Source: an uncultured Gammaproteobacteria bacterium
Lineage (GTDB): Bacteria > Patescibacteriota > Microgenomatia > CAZTEW01
DNA length: 63,937 nucleotides
Assembly (NCBI GenBank): GCA_964612215.1
Contig: CAZTEW010000002.1
Coordinates: 1 to 63,937 of the forward strand
Direction: 5' to 3'
Every line of letters begins with the position of its first letter. The stretch's first letter is position 1. The notes beneath the pieces were generated by a model, which was given only the letters and a program-made list of their open reading frames with translations, did no database searches and was not told where the DNA came from. Position numbers and translations under genes: made by a program. Positions 16,012 to 25,194 of the stretch are shown in pieces.

Positions 16012-17660
16012 TAAATTTCTCCGACGACAATCGCTGGTTCACCATCTAGAAAATAAACTGTTTTTTGCGGCTGAAAACTTTCCGGAAAGTCCTGGGGTCG
16101 GCCGACGTAGAGAATGGCCTGATTTTTTTCTTCTGTTTCCCATTTTATCGGCCGGAAAACATACTTGCCGAAACCCTGATTTGATCCGGTTTTTTGATAA
16201 GTCAGCGGGTCGAATTGCAAATAAAACAAGAAGAAGATATAAGACTGATCCAGGTGCGGCTGGTTAGAAACAATGATTTTTTGATAATTATCTGTAATTG
16301 CCTGAATCTCGGCCACGGCCGGCTGGTAACCGTATTGCCAGGCTTGGGAATTAAAATAATTCTGCTGGACAAAATACTGGTTGAGAAAATAAACAAAATT
16401 AAAAATAAAAAATAAAAAATAAAAAACTAAAACGCCAAACTTAAAGCTTTTTTTCTTGGTTTGCAGCCACTGCCAGAATTCAATTAAACCCAAGCCAATA
16501 AAAACATAAATCATCGGCAGGAAGCGTAAGGTTCGGACCGCGTGAGGCGAACCACTGCTAAAAGCCGCTGGCACTGACGCCAAAAGAAACCAAGAAAAAA
16601 CCGTTGCTTTGACCCGACGGCTGAATTTCCCAAAAACCAACTGATAAACTCCCCAAAGTAAAAACAAAATTTCCCAAAGATAAAGCAGGCCCATGCCTGG
16701 CGCGTGATGGCGGATCTCATCGCCGGTCAGAAACAACCAGTTAAGATCGAAGTGAGCAACATAACCATTAATAAAACCCGTTAGGTAGGCAATCCTGCGA
16801 TTATCAAAAATCAAACCAAGATAATTTTTTTGCTGATAATCACGCAGTAAGCGATTGGCGCTTTTGGCTAAAAAGGGTGTTTGATCGGCCGCCAAACTCG
16901 TATCTCTAGCTCTCATGAAAATTTCCGGACTGGCAAAAATCAAATAAATGAAGGGCAACACCACCAGCAGGCCGACTATCAGACTGGCCAGCAAATAGCG
17001 CCACGGTATTTTCAGGATCTTTCGCCGCCAAATGAAAAGCATGGCCAAAACCAACAAAGGCGTGAAAACTTTTTCCGCCTGATAAACATAAATGTTCAGG
17101 CCAGCAAAGAAAGAAGCTAAAGCCAAAAACTTTGGCTGGCGCAGGCCTTTTAAAAATAACCAGACCCAAAGAATGCTAAAAAAAACGCCGATGTTAGATT
17201 CAAAAGCCACCCGAGAGAATTGCAAATGCCAAGGACTGATCGCCAATAGAAAGGCTGTTGTTAAAGGCAGTACTAACCACCTCCGAGGTGGCGCTTGACG
17301 ACTCCTCGGAGGTGAAATCTCTGAAAATATCTCTTTCACCAAAAAATAAGTCAACAAAATCGCCAATGTCCCCAGGATGGCGGCCGGCAAACGAACCGTA
17401 AAAACATTAAGCCCAAAAAGCTTTATAAAGGGGATTATTAAATACCCATAAAGAGCCGGCTTGTAGTCACCAAAAGAACGCAGGAAAAGCGGCCAAGACT
17501 GACCATGCTCGTCACGGCCGGTTCGCAATAGCGAAAAAGCATTATAACCCAAAGAGGCTTCGTCCCAATCAGGCGAGGCCGGTACCTGACCTAGCTGCCA
17601 AAAACGGAGCGTCGCTCCTAGAATCAAAATCAAAACTAACCCCAACCACCTTTTTTTCAT
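16011..17660 (-). CDS. Family C PMT/ArnT-like (GT39/GT83, PMT_2-type) membrane glycosyltransferase
   Basis: 549 aa. LRFWQLGQVPASPDWDEASLGYNAFSLLRTGRDEHG first loop with a DE motif, AISPWH motif, polytopic. Confidence 0.8.
   Translation of the reverse strand: MKKRWLGLVLILILGATLRFWQLGQVPASPDWDEASLGYNAFSLLRTGRDEHGQSWPLFLRSFGDYKPALYGYLIIPFIKLFGLNVFTVRLPAAILGTLAILLTYFLVKEIFSEISPPRSRQAPPRRWLVLPLTTAFLLAISPWHLQFSRVAFESNIGVFFSILWVWLFLKGLRQPKFLALASFFAGLNIYVYQAEKVFTPLLVLAMLFIWRRKILKIPWRYLLASLIVGLLVVLPFIYLIFASPEIFMRARDTSLAADQTPFLAKSANRLLRDYQQKNYLGLIFDNRRIAYLTGFINGYVAHFDLNWLFLTGDEIRHHAPGMGLLYLWEILFLLWGVYQLVFGKFSRRVKATVFSWFLLASVPAAFSSGSPHAVRTLRFLPMIYVFIGLGLIEFWQWLQTKKKSFKFGVLVFYFLFFIFNFVYFLNQYFVQQNYFNSQAWQYGYQPAVAEIQAITDNYQKIIVSNQPHLDQSYIFFLFYLQFDPLTYQKTGSNQGFGKYVFRPIKWETEEKNQAILYVGRPQDFPESFQPQKTVYFLDGEPAIVVGEI
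16394..16428. repeat. Period-7 A-rich repeat (AAAAATA x3 plus imperfect flanking units) inside a CDS
   Basis: caaaatt aaaaata aaaaata aaaaata aaaaact. Encodes the TM helix FYFLFFIFNFVYFL. Confidence 0.7.
17277..17314. repeat. Type-1 palindromic element (38-nt form) in frame
   Basis: CCACCTCCGAGGTGGCGCTTGACGACTCCTCGGAGGTG, identical to 20665-20702. Translated as SPPRSRQAPPRRW. Confidence 0.85.
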
Positions 17661-19339
17661 ATTTGAAAAGCCTTTAATATCGGCTCGCCATTTAAAAGTT
17701 TAAATTCCCTTTTAATATCGGCTCCAGAAGGAACATTTTCAGGTAAATCCACATAAAGCATGCCTTTTTCCCAACCAGTGTCTTTGTCAAAATGATATTT
17801 GCCAAAACTTTTCACTTTAACAAACCCCATCACCTCTCTCTCAACTTCAGCTAGCCGGCGAAATTCCTCTGGTGACCGCTTTTGATGAAAAAGTAAATAA
17901 ATATAGGGGCGGCCAAGGGCATTAGTCATCCAAATCCGATCATGTTGACCCTCAACCTCTTGAAGATAAGCCGCAACCTCACGATAACCATATTGCCATT
18001 CCCGAGAATATTCTCTGGGGTAATGAACAATATAACTATGAAGAAAATAAGTAAAATTTAAAATTACAAATGACAAATTAAAAATTAAAAATATAAATTT
18101 AAAATCTCTTTTTATCTGTCTCTTCTCCAGCCATTCTAAAAAACCAATCACGCCTAAAGCGCTGATCATTTGCCAGGTCGGCAAAGTGTTTTCAATCCGC
18201 AGGCTATGCGGCGTTTCCCGGGCCGTCGCCGCCGGCAAAATACCAACCAACAACCAGAAGGGAATTAACCACCAATAACCTGGTTTTCGTTTAAACAAAA
18301 GCAAAATACCAGCGATCAAAAAAGGCAGCTCCCAGAGATAAAGCTGGCCGACGTCCTGAATGGAGAATTTCGGATTGCCGTCGCCCCGAATAAAAAGAAA
18401 AGCCGGATTAAAATGATCAAAATAATGGCGAAGAAATTCGCGAGTATAGCCCCAGCGCCGGTTATGGATAATCTTTGACCACCAAACCAATTCGCCAGCT
18501 GGCGAATCATTCTCCATTTCTTGATTAGCCTGAATAACCACGCTTGAATCAGAAAAGATATTCACTTCGTGGAAACGCAGTTTGGCTTGGGGGGTGAGTA
18601 AAAAAGGAAGTATCGGTAATAAAAAAACAATCCCGGTTAAAGCTGCCAACACCGCCTGTTTCTTTTTCTGCCAAAGTTCTTGGCGGAAACCGACAACCAG
18701 TCCTAAAACCAGCAGCGGCGCTATTATCCGGGCCGTATTAAAAGTGTAAAGAGAGAGAGTAAAACTGATTACCGACGCCAGCAGCCAGCGGCTTGACTGG
18801 CGCATGGCTTTCAAAAAACCAAGTACGCCGGCCACTAAAAAGAAACTGGCTACATTGGCTTCAAAAGCAGCCCGGGAAAGCATGATATGCCACGGACTAA
18901 TTGCCAGCAGCAAAGCAGCAACGGCGCCAAGTAGAGATAGTCTCTCCTCGGAGGTGGCGAAGCAACGACTTCGACTCCTGCAAGGTGGGACGACATGACG
19001 GCAAAGAATCTCTTTTGCCAGCCAGTAGGTCAGCCAAACTGTTAAAACGCCAGCGAAAGCCGAGGCAAACCGGGTCGCGAACGCATTTAATCCGAAAAGC
19101 TTCACCGGTAAAATCGTCAGGTAGGCATAGACTGGCGGCTTAAAATCGCCGAAAGATTCCAAATAATTGAGAGGTAAAAATCTGCCAAACTCATCCCGAC
19201 CATCTAATCCCAGGCTGTAAGCATTGTAACCCCAGGCGGCTTCATCCCAACTTAGAGCCGGCGGATTACTGCCTAACCAACAAAAGCGCAAAGCGCTGGC
19301 CAAAACTAGAATAAAAAATAAAGCGCGGGATTTTTTCAT
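17657..19339 (-). CDS. Family C PMT/ArnT-like membrane glycosyltransferase
   Basis: 560 aa. LRFCWLGSNPPALSWDEAAWGYNAYSLGLDGRDEFG and AISPWH motifs. ATGA overlaps at both ends. Confidence 0.8.
   Translation of the reverse strand: MKKSRALFFILVLASALRFCWLGSNPPALSWDEAAWGYNAYSLGLDGRDEFGRFLPLNYLESFGDFKPPVYAYLTILPVKLFGLNAFATRFASAFAGVLTVWLTYWLAKEILCRHVVPPCRSRSRCFATSEERLSLLGAVAALLLAISPWHIMLSRAAFEANVASFFLVAGVLGFLKAMRQSSRWLLASVISFTLSLYTFNTARIIAPLLVLGLVVGFRQELWQKKKQAVLAALTGIVFLLPILPFLLTPQAKLRFHEVNIFSDSSVVIQANQEMENDSPAGELVWWSKIIHNRRWGYTREFLRHYFDHFNPAFLFIRGDGNPKFSIQDVGQLYLWELPFLIAGILLLFKRKPGYWWLIPFWLLVGILPAATARETPHSLRIENTLPTWQMISALGVIGFLEWLEKRQIKRDFKFIFLIFNLSFVILNFTYFLHSYIVHYPREYSREWQYGYREVAAYLQEVEGQHDRIWMTNALGRPYIYLLFHQKRSPEEFRRLAEVEREVMGFVKVKSFGKYHFDKDTGWEKGMLYVDLPENVPSGADIKREFKLLNGEPILKAFQI
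18061..18102. repeat. Imperfect period-7 repeat (about 6 units) inside a CDS
   Basis: aaattac aaatgac aaattaa aaattaa aaatata aatttaa. Encodes FIFLIFNLSFVILNF. Confidence 0.7.
18944..18988. repeat. Type-1 palindromic element (degenerate second arm) in frame
   Basis: CTCCTCGGAGGTGG-CGAAGcaacgaCTTCG-aCTCCTgCaAGGTGG. Translated as VPPCRSRSRCFATSEE. Confidence 0.7.
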
Positions 19340-21045
19340 GGTTGATATTCTAAAATTATAAAGGCCAGCGAATTATCCGCCCGCCTGATTTCCGCCAATT
19401 GCCGGCTGCCAGGGACTGCCCCGCCGCACAAACCGCTGTTGACATACAAAACTCCTTTTTCACCATTAACATCAGAACGACCATTCTCATCTGTGACCAA
19501 CCTCATAGGACACTCCTCTTGTAAAAACTGATACTTCCCAAAACTGATTCGATCAAAATCAGGAATTGCCGGATTTTTGGTTTCCTGCTGGAAACCCGCT
19601 GGGTCATACTGACTAAAAAACAAAAAATAGATTGTCGGGGCTGATTCGCGATCAGTGATGACTGCTTTTCGATAATCCGGCAGCAGCTGATTGACTTTTT
19701 CAACTAAAGCCTGATAGCCATCCTGACGATCCCAGGGTTGATAAAGAGGCGCGTGGATATAATATTGATGAAGATAGGCGCTAAAATTATAAAAACCAAA
19801 AAGAATAAAAACTATCACAAAAGGCAAAAAAATCCTTTTCCTTTTTAACCAGGTGACCATTTCCAGCCAACCAAAACCAGCCAACCAACAAAAAACAGGC
19901 AAAGCAATTAAAGTCCGCTGGAGATTAGGGACATCATTAAAAGTTAAGGCACTGCCAATCATCGATAAGAAAAGCCAAGCAAAAAGAAGCGTCTTGAGAT
20001 CAACATTTTTCTTAAATATCGTCCAAAGACCAATCAAAAGAAGCGGCAACTCAAAAAGATAGAACAAACCAGTCAAGGGGACTCGATAGCGATTAGGAAA
20101 ACCCTGGTCTGTAAATAAGAAATCAAAAGAAAAGTGAGCAAAGTAATTTCTTAAAAACTGGTTCAAATAACCCATCACTTTGTTATGAAATAACCGGGTA
20201 ACAATGATCGGCAAGGAAGAAACACCATCTTCTCGAATATGGCGTTCAATTAAAAGTTGGGTTTCTTGACCGCCTAAAAGACTAATTGACCGTACCCAAA
20301 GAGAAAGATTCTTGGAAAACATAAACCAAGCTGAAGGCAAAACAATCATCAGGAAGAATAAAAGCCAAACAAAAAACTTTGTTTTTCTCTCTGTCTTAAT
20401 CTTACTAAAAGATAAATAAATCAAAACTGGTAGAAAAAGAGGTAGAAAAGACCGAGCCGCTAAATAAATATATAAGTTAATTCCTATGCAAACAAAAGCA
20501 AGAAAGAGCCATAACCGACTTTTCTTTTTCAAGCCAGAAAAGTAGAGACAGACACCAAGAACAAGAAAAAAAAGAATCAAAACACTCTCAGTTGCGGTCC
20601 GAGAAAGATTAATGTGCCAAGGTGAAATCGCTAGTAGAAAACTAGAAACTAGAGGAAGCGTTAACCACCTCCGAGGTGGCGCTTGACGACTCCTCGGAGG
20701 TGAATTCTCTGGAAATATCTCTCTTGTCAAATAATAAATCGCAACCACTGTCAAAGACCCTAAAAGAGCCGCAGGAAAACGAACCGCAAATTGATTTAAG
20801 CCAAAGATTTTAATCGGAAAAATCGTGAAGTAGCTATAACCTCCTGGGCTATAAACAATAGATTGGAAATTTAAGGGTAAAAAATTAGCGTTAATATCCC
20901 GGCCGGTTTTGAGGATTGAAAATCCATTGTAACCCAAAAAGGCCTCGTCGCGATGAAAACCCAACGGCACCTGTCCCAGCTGCCAAAACCGCAGCCCCAG
21001 CGCTAAAAGCAGAATTAAAGCTAAGGCCGTGATCTCTTTTTTCAC
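19336..21045 (-). CDS. Family C PMT/ArnT-like membrane glycosyltransferase
   Basis: 569 aa. LRFWQLGQVPLGFHRDEAFLGYNGFSILKTGRDINAN and AISPWH motifs. Confidence 0.8.
   Translation of the reverse strand: MKKEITALALILLLALGLRFWQLGQVPLGFHRDEAFLGYNGFSILKTGRDINANFLPLNFQSIVYSPGGYSYFTIFPIKIFGLNQFAVRFPAALLGSLTVVAIYYLTREIFPENSPPRSRQAPPRRWLTLPLVSSFLLAISPWHINLSRTATESVLILFFLVLGVCLYFSGLKKKSRLWLFLAFVCIGINLYIYLAARSFLPLFLPVLIYLSFSKIKTERKTKFFVWLLFFLMIVLPSAWFMFSKNLSLWVRSISLLGGQETQLLIERHIREDGVSSLPIIVTRLFHNKVMGYLNQFLRNYFAHFSFDFLFTDQGFPNRYRVPLTGLFYLFELPLLLIGLWTIFKKNVDLKTLLFAWLFLSMIGSALTFNDVPNLQRTLIALPVFCWLAGFGWLEMVTWLKRKRIFLPFVIVFILFGFYNFSAYLHQYYIHAPLYQPWDRQDGYQALVEKVNQLLPDYRKAVITDRESAPTIYFLFFSQYDPAGFQQETKNPAIPDFDRISFGKYQFLQEECPMRLVTDENGRSDVNGEKGVLYVNSGLCGGAVPGSRQLAEIRRADNSLAFIILEYQP
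20665..20702. repeat. Type-1 palindromic element (38-nt form) in frame
   Basis: A 38/38 match to 17277-17314, while the flanking coding sequence of the two paralogues is visibly diverged. Confidence 0.85.
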
Positions 21046-21053
21046 CTCTCCTA

Positions 21054-21062
21054 TGATACAAT
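21054..21062 (+). promoter_or_regulatory. Extended -10 box (TGATACAAT) in the 26-nt divergent intergenic spacer
   Basis: TGnTAnAAT-like box ending 9 nt before the ATG at 21072, which implies a leaderless or near-leaderless mRNA. No clear -35 box. Confidence 0.3.
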
Positions 21063-21071
21063 ATTTAGGTC

Positions 21072-22784
21072 ATGTTTGCATTTTTTCAGCGGCGGCAAAA
21101 AATTCTCCTGGGAATGATTTTCTTCTTAGCTTTATTTCTCCGAACCTATAAATTAAGCAGTTTTCCGGTTGGGTTTCACGGTGACGAGGCCGAAATCGGC
21201 TATAATGCTTTTTCGTTACTCCAAACCGGACGCGATAAAAACAACCAATTCCTGCCGCTGGCCACTGACCAATGGGGTGATTTCCGGCCGACCGGCTATC
21301 ATTACACGGCTATTCTGCCGATCGCCATTTTTGGCTTAAACGAATTTGCCACCAGACTGCCGGCCGCTATTTTCGGCTCCTTAACGGTGATTGTTATTTA
21401 TTTTTTGGCTAAAGAACTCTTTCGCCCCCGCGGTGTAGCTACAAATCCACCGCGGGGGCGGTTAGAGGGGCGGTTAGAGCTAATTGCTACTTTCCTGTTG
21501 GCCATCAATCCCTGGCATGTCATTATCTCCCGGGCCACTTCAGAAAGCGTCATCAGTCTGTTTTGGATTATTTTAGGCGCTTATCTTTTTTTAAAAGCGA
21601 TCAAAGCCAAACAGGCAAACAGCGGCTTATTGAGCCTTGCCTATCTGTTTTTTACCCTGAGTTTTCTTTTTTACCATGCGGCCAGATTTTTTACGCCCCT
21701 GTTGGCTTTCTTTTTAACTCTTTTTTACTGCCGGCGCCAGCCAGAAAAGAGAAAGCTCTTAATTGGTCTTAATCTCCTCCTGATGGTCGCTTGCTTAGTG
21801 GTTTTTATGGCCTCAAAAGGCCGGGTGAGGCCTTTTGATATCAGTATTTTTCATCACCAGGAAACTCAACTGGTGATTAAAGAACAAATTCGCGAAGACA
21901 ATCTTCATCCTTTAATCGTGCGTTTTTTTCATAACAAGTTAATTGGTTATGGCCTAGCTTTTCTTAAAAATTATTCTCAACATTTCACTGCTGATTTTTT
22001 GTTTTTTAAAGGCGGCCTACCGGCTCGCTACCCAATTCCCTGGACAGGCAATTTTTATTTAGCCGAGGCTTGGTTAATGATTCTTGGTTTTTGTTTTTTA
22101 GTCTCCAGTGGTTTCCGGAAAAAAAATCTCGACTATCTCCTACCTATTTTCTGGACTATCATCGGTCCCTTGCCGGCCGCTTTGACCTTTGAAGATATTC
22201 CTAATCTCCAGCGCAGCAGCCTGATGCTGCCGGGATTAGTCATGATCACCGCTTACGGCTTGGTGGAATTGATGAAAGCTGTCCGGCCGGCGCGACTCAG
22301 AAAAGCAATCCTCCTTTTGCTGACCCTTGCCTTGGCTTATAATTTTGCCTTTTTTCTTCATCATTATTTTCATCATTCTTTAACTCACCAGCCGTGGCAT
22401 CGCAATTATGGTGAAAAAGAGTTGATTAGGAGCTTTCAGGAGCTTTCTCCTCAATATCAGCGGATAGTGACCACCAGTTATGACGATAATCAGCTTATCT
22501 TTTATCTCTTTTATACCCAATTTGATCCTCAAGTTTTTCAAGACTTAGGTTCGCCTAGAGATAAAAACTTTTTAACCTTCCAAAACCTGACTTATGTCTA
22601 TGACCATTGTCCTCTCAAAGGCGACGAGAAAAACGAGGCCGAAGGCGAACTGGAAGTCCTTTATGTCAATATCGGCCCCTGCCAACTGCCGAAAAACGCC
22701 GAAAAAATCAGGAGCATCCGCAGAACCGACGACACCGAGGCTTTCCAGCTTGTAAGGCTTCGTTATTTAAAAGCTAAAAATTAG
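21072..22784 (+). CDS. Family C PMT/ArnT-like membrane glycosyltransferase
   Basis: 570 aa. LRTYKLSSFPVGFHGDEAEIGYNAFSLLQTGRDKNNQ and AINPWH motifs. Divergent from the three minus-strand paralogues. Confidence 0.8.
   Translation: MFAFFQRRQKILLGMIFFLALFLRTYKLSSFPVGFHGDEAEIGYNAFSLLQTGRDKNNQFLPLATDQWGDFRPTGYHYTAILPIAIFGLNEFATRLPAAIFGSLTVIVIYFLAKELFRPRGVATNPPRGRLEGRLELIATFLLAINPWHVIISRATSESVISLFWIILGAYLFLKAIKAKQANSGLLSLAYLFFTLSFLFYHAARFFTPLLAFFLTLFYCRRQPEKRKLLIGLNLLLMVACLVVFMASKGRVRPFDISIFHHQETQLVIKEQIREDNLHPLIVRFFHNKLIGYGLAFLKNYSQHFTADFLFFKGGLPARYPIPWTGNFYLAEAWLMILGFCFLVSSGFRKKNLDYLLPIFWTIIGPLPAALTFEDIPNLQRSSLMLPGLVMITAYGLVELMKAVRPARLRKAILLLLTLALAYNFAFFLHHYFHHSLTHQPWHRNYGEKELIRSFQELSPQYQRIVTTSYDDNQLIFYLFYTQFDPQVFQDLGSPRDKNFLTFQNLTYVYDHCPLKGDEKNEAEGELEVLYVNIGPCQLPKNAEKIRSIRRTDDTEAFQLVRLRYLKAKN
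21423..21460. repeat. Type-2 hairpin element (13-bp stem) in frame
   Basis: CGCCCCCGCGGTG-tagctacaaatc-CACCGCGGGGGCG, followed by a direct duplication of GGCGGTTAGAG. Translated as RPRGVATNPPRGR. Confidence 0.8.
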
Positions 22785-25194
22785 GCCGGCTTCTTAAAAA
22801 AACCAGCCGGCCGGCGAATAATAACAAGGAAAAACAGCTGATGCCTAAACCCCAGTCAAAAACCTTGGGCCGATAGGAAAAAATAATTCTGTGCTCGCCG
22901 GCCGGTACGGCTACGGCCCGAAAAGCATAGTCAGCTCGGTAGATTTTAGCTTGCTGTGCGCTGCCATAGTTCGTCAGCGGGCGAACGACGGCGCGCCAAC
23001 CGGGATAATCAGTGTCGGAAAGAAAAAGCAAACCGGGGCAAACGCTGTTAACTGATATTTCGACTTTATTAGGAGTATATTTGGTTATTCTGGCGCTATT
23101 CTCCATTGTTTCATGGTTGCATGGTTCGATTGTTGACTCTGGATTTTCTTCTAAAATAACGGTTTTTCTTAAATCAAAATCTTCGTTAAAAAGATAGTCG
23201 GCGATTTTCTGCCTGTCGGTTTCAATCAGATAATCACTCACCAGAAAGGCCCGCGGCAGGGCTTCTTGATAATCCCAAATTCTAAAACTATTGTCCTCCC
23301 AGGCGAGATTAAAAAGCTCCGGTGGAAATCGCTCGCTAGTAGTTTTCCACTCTTTCCCCTCGCCCACTTTCGCTTCCATGATGTATTTCACAGCCAAAAG
23401 AGACAGGAGTTTTTGTCGCTGTTGATTGTCCAGAATCCCCTCCCTTTCCGAGGCTTGTTTTAAGCCGGCATCGCTGCGGGTAATCCGATCGGTAATTTTT
23501 CCTGCTGTCTCTGTTGCATAAAGAAGCTGACCGTATCTTCCGGAAAACAAACCTTCATAGCCGTCCGGCGAATAAAGCTGGTAAAAGGCGTTCATGTTTT
23601 TTTCCAGATAAGCATTGCCATAGCCCCAAATCCGGTTAAGACCGACTGTCTTTTTTAATTGACTGATGACGCCTACTTCCGGAAAAACAAACTTTCTCTC
23701 AGAAAAGTAAAGAAACTTATTGGCAAAATAAAAAGAAGAGACCAGAGAAAGGAAAACCAATCCGAAAAACGACAGTGGCTTCAGTCTTTGTTTAAACAAA
23801 GATACTAAAATCATGGCAGCTGAACCAAGAAAAAATCCAGTTGGCAAAATCAGGTTGCGGAGCGAAATCAAAGCTGATGCATCTTGAGGTAAGCGCTTGA
23901 TCACCAACCACCAAAGGCCAGCAAAAACAAGGGAAATAACCACAAAAACAATTTTCCAATCTCGCCAATTGTTTTGGCGCTGCCAAAAAAGGTCAATCCC
24001 AAAACCAGCCAGAACGCAAAAACCAAAGGTTGACAAAAAAGTAATCCGCACCGGAATCATCGTCGAAATCAAAGGCAAGCGGGAAAAATAAAGCAACCAG
24101 CCAAAAGGATCAAAAGCTAAAAGTAAAACAATGAAACTAAAGCGCTGAAAAAAGGATAGGATACTGTTCTTCGTCTCTGAAATCAGAGCGAATAAAGCCA
24201 AAAGCAGCGCCGGAATGCCGAAATAAATCACTTTTTCGTGATAAAAACCAGAACCGAAATAATTATAAGAGCCGGGGTTGCCCCAAAAGTCCGGCACCAA
24301 AAAAGTGATCAGGTGTTTAGCCGGCAGCAGATACTGCTCAAAAACAAATCTCGCGTCAACGCCGGCTCGGGCAGAATTAAGATAGGCTTCAATGGCCGGC
24401 AAAATCTGAGCCGCGCTAATTAGCAAACTAAACAAAAAACCTGTCCCTAAAAACGCCAGTTTTTTAAACCTGTTTTTCTTCTCCTGTGAAAGCCGGAAAA
24501 CCAGCCAGCTGAAAACAGCGACGAAAACATAAATGGTGGACTGTAAAAATCCAGCCAGAATTGAACAGGCGGCGCTGAAAACTAACAAGCTGGTATGGCC
24601 GGCTGACGGTTTTTTCATGGTTTTTTCCGTGGCGTATAAAATCAAGGGCAGCCAAAGAGCGCTATGTTCGATCACCAAAGATTCTTCGGACCAGGCCAGC
24701 ATCCAGCCGGAAAAAGCGAAAGCCAAACTGCCGAAAAAAGAGGCTTTTAGAGATAGGCCTATCTCTCTCAAGAAAAGATACATAAACCAACCGGCTAAAA
24801 TCGGCTGGATAATCACCAATAAAGACCAGGCATCAATCAAGGGCAGGATGAAATAAAGAAAATTCAGCGGATAAAAAACCGCCGTCTGATAAGTTGCCAG
24901 ATGAATATTGCCGCTGAAATTATAAGGATTCCAAAGCGGCCACTGACCTGCTTTCAGTTGGGTAATCGTCAACTGCCGGTAAGGATAAAAGCTCCGGATG
25001 ACATCAAAGCCGATCGGTTTATTCGGCGGCCCATTGGGGTAGCCGGCCCATTGATAATATCGCCAGGGTGAATAAGAAGCGACCAAAAGGTTGGCCGGAA
25101 AAGGCACTTGGCCTTTGAAAAAATATCGCCAAAAAAAACCCAAGCTTAAAAAAATAAAAACCAGCAAAACAATTAGGCTGTCTCTTTTTCTCAT
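22774..25194 (-). CDS. YfhO-family GT-C membrane glycosyltransferase
   Basis: 806 aa. FPANLLVASYSPW, WNPYNFSGNIHLATYQTAVFYPLNFL, PDFWGNP and DYPGWRAVV motifs, plus a C-terminal TM anchor. Confidence 0.8.
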   Translation of the reverse strand: MRKRDSLIVLLVFIFLSLGFFWRYFFKGQVPFPANLLVASYSPWRYYQWAGYPNGPPNKPIGFDVIRSFYPYRQLTITQLKAGQWPLWNPYNFSGNIHLATYQTAVFYPLNFLYFILPLIDAWSLLVIIQPILAGWFMYLFLREIGLSLKASFFGSLAFAFSGWMLAWSEESLVIEHSALWLPLILYATEKTMKKPSAGHTSLLVFSAACSILAGFLQSTIYVFVAVFSWLVFRLSQEKKNRFKKLAFLGTGFLFSLLISAAQILPAIEAYLNSARAGVDARFVFEQYLLPAKHLITFLVPDFWGNPGSYNYFGSGFYHEKVIYFGIPALLLALFALISETKNSILSFFQRFSFIVLLLAFDPFGWLLYFSRLPLISTMIPVRITFLSTFGFCVLAGFGIDLFWQRQNNWRDWKIVFVVISLVFAGLWWLVIKRLPQDASALISLRNLILPTGFFLGSAAMILVSLFKQRLKPLSFFGLVFLSLVSSFYFANKFLYFSERKFVFPEVGVISQLKKTVGLNRIWGYGNAYLEKNMNAFYQLYSPDGYEGLFSGRYGQLLYATETAGKITDRITRSDAGLKQASEREGILDNQQRQKLLSLLAVKYIMEAKVGEGKEWKTTSERFPPELFNLAWEDNSFRIWDYQEALPRAFLVSDYLIETDRQKIADYLFNEDFDLRKTVILEENPESTIEPCNHETMENSARITKYTPNKVEISVNSVCPGLLFLSDTDYPGWRAVVRPLTNYGSAQQAKIYRADYAFRAVAVPAGEHRIIFSYRPKVFDWGLGISCFSLLLFAGRLVFLRSRPNF

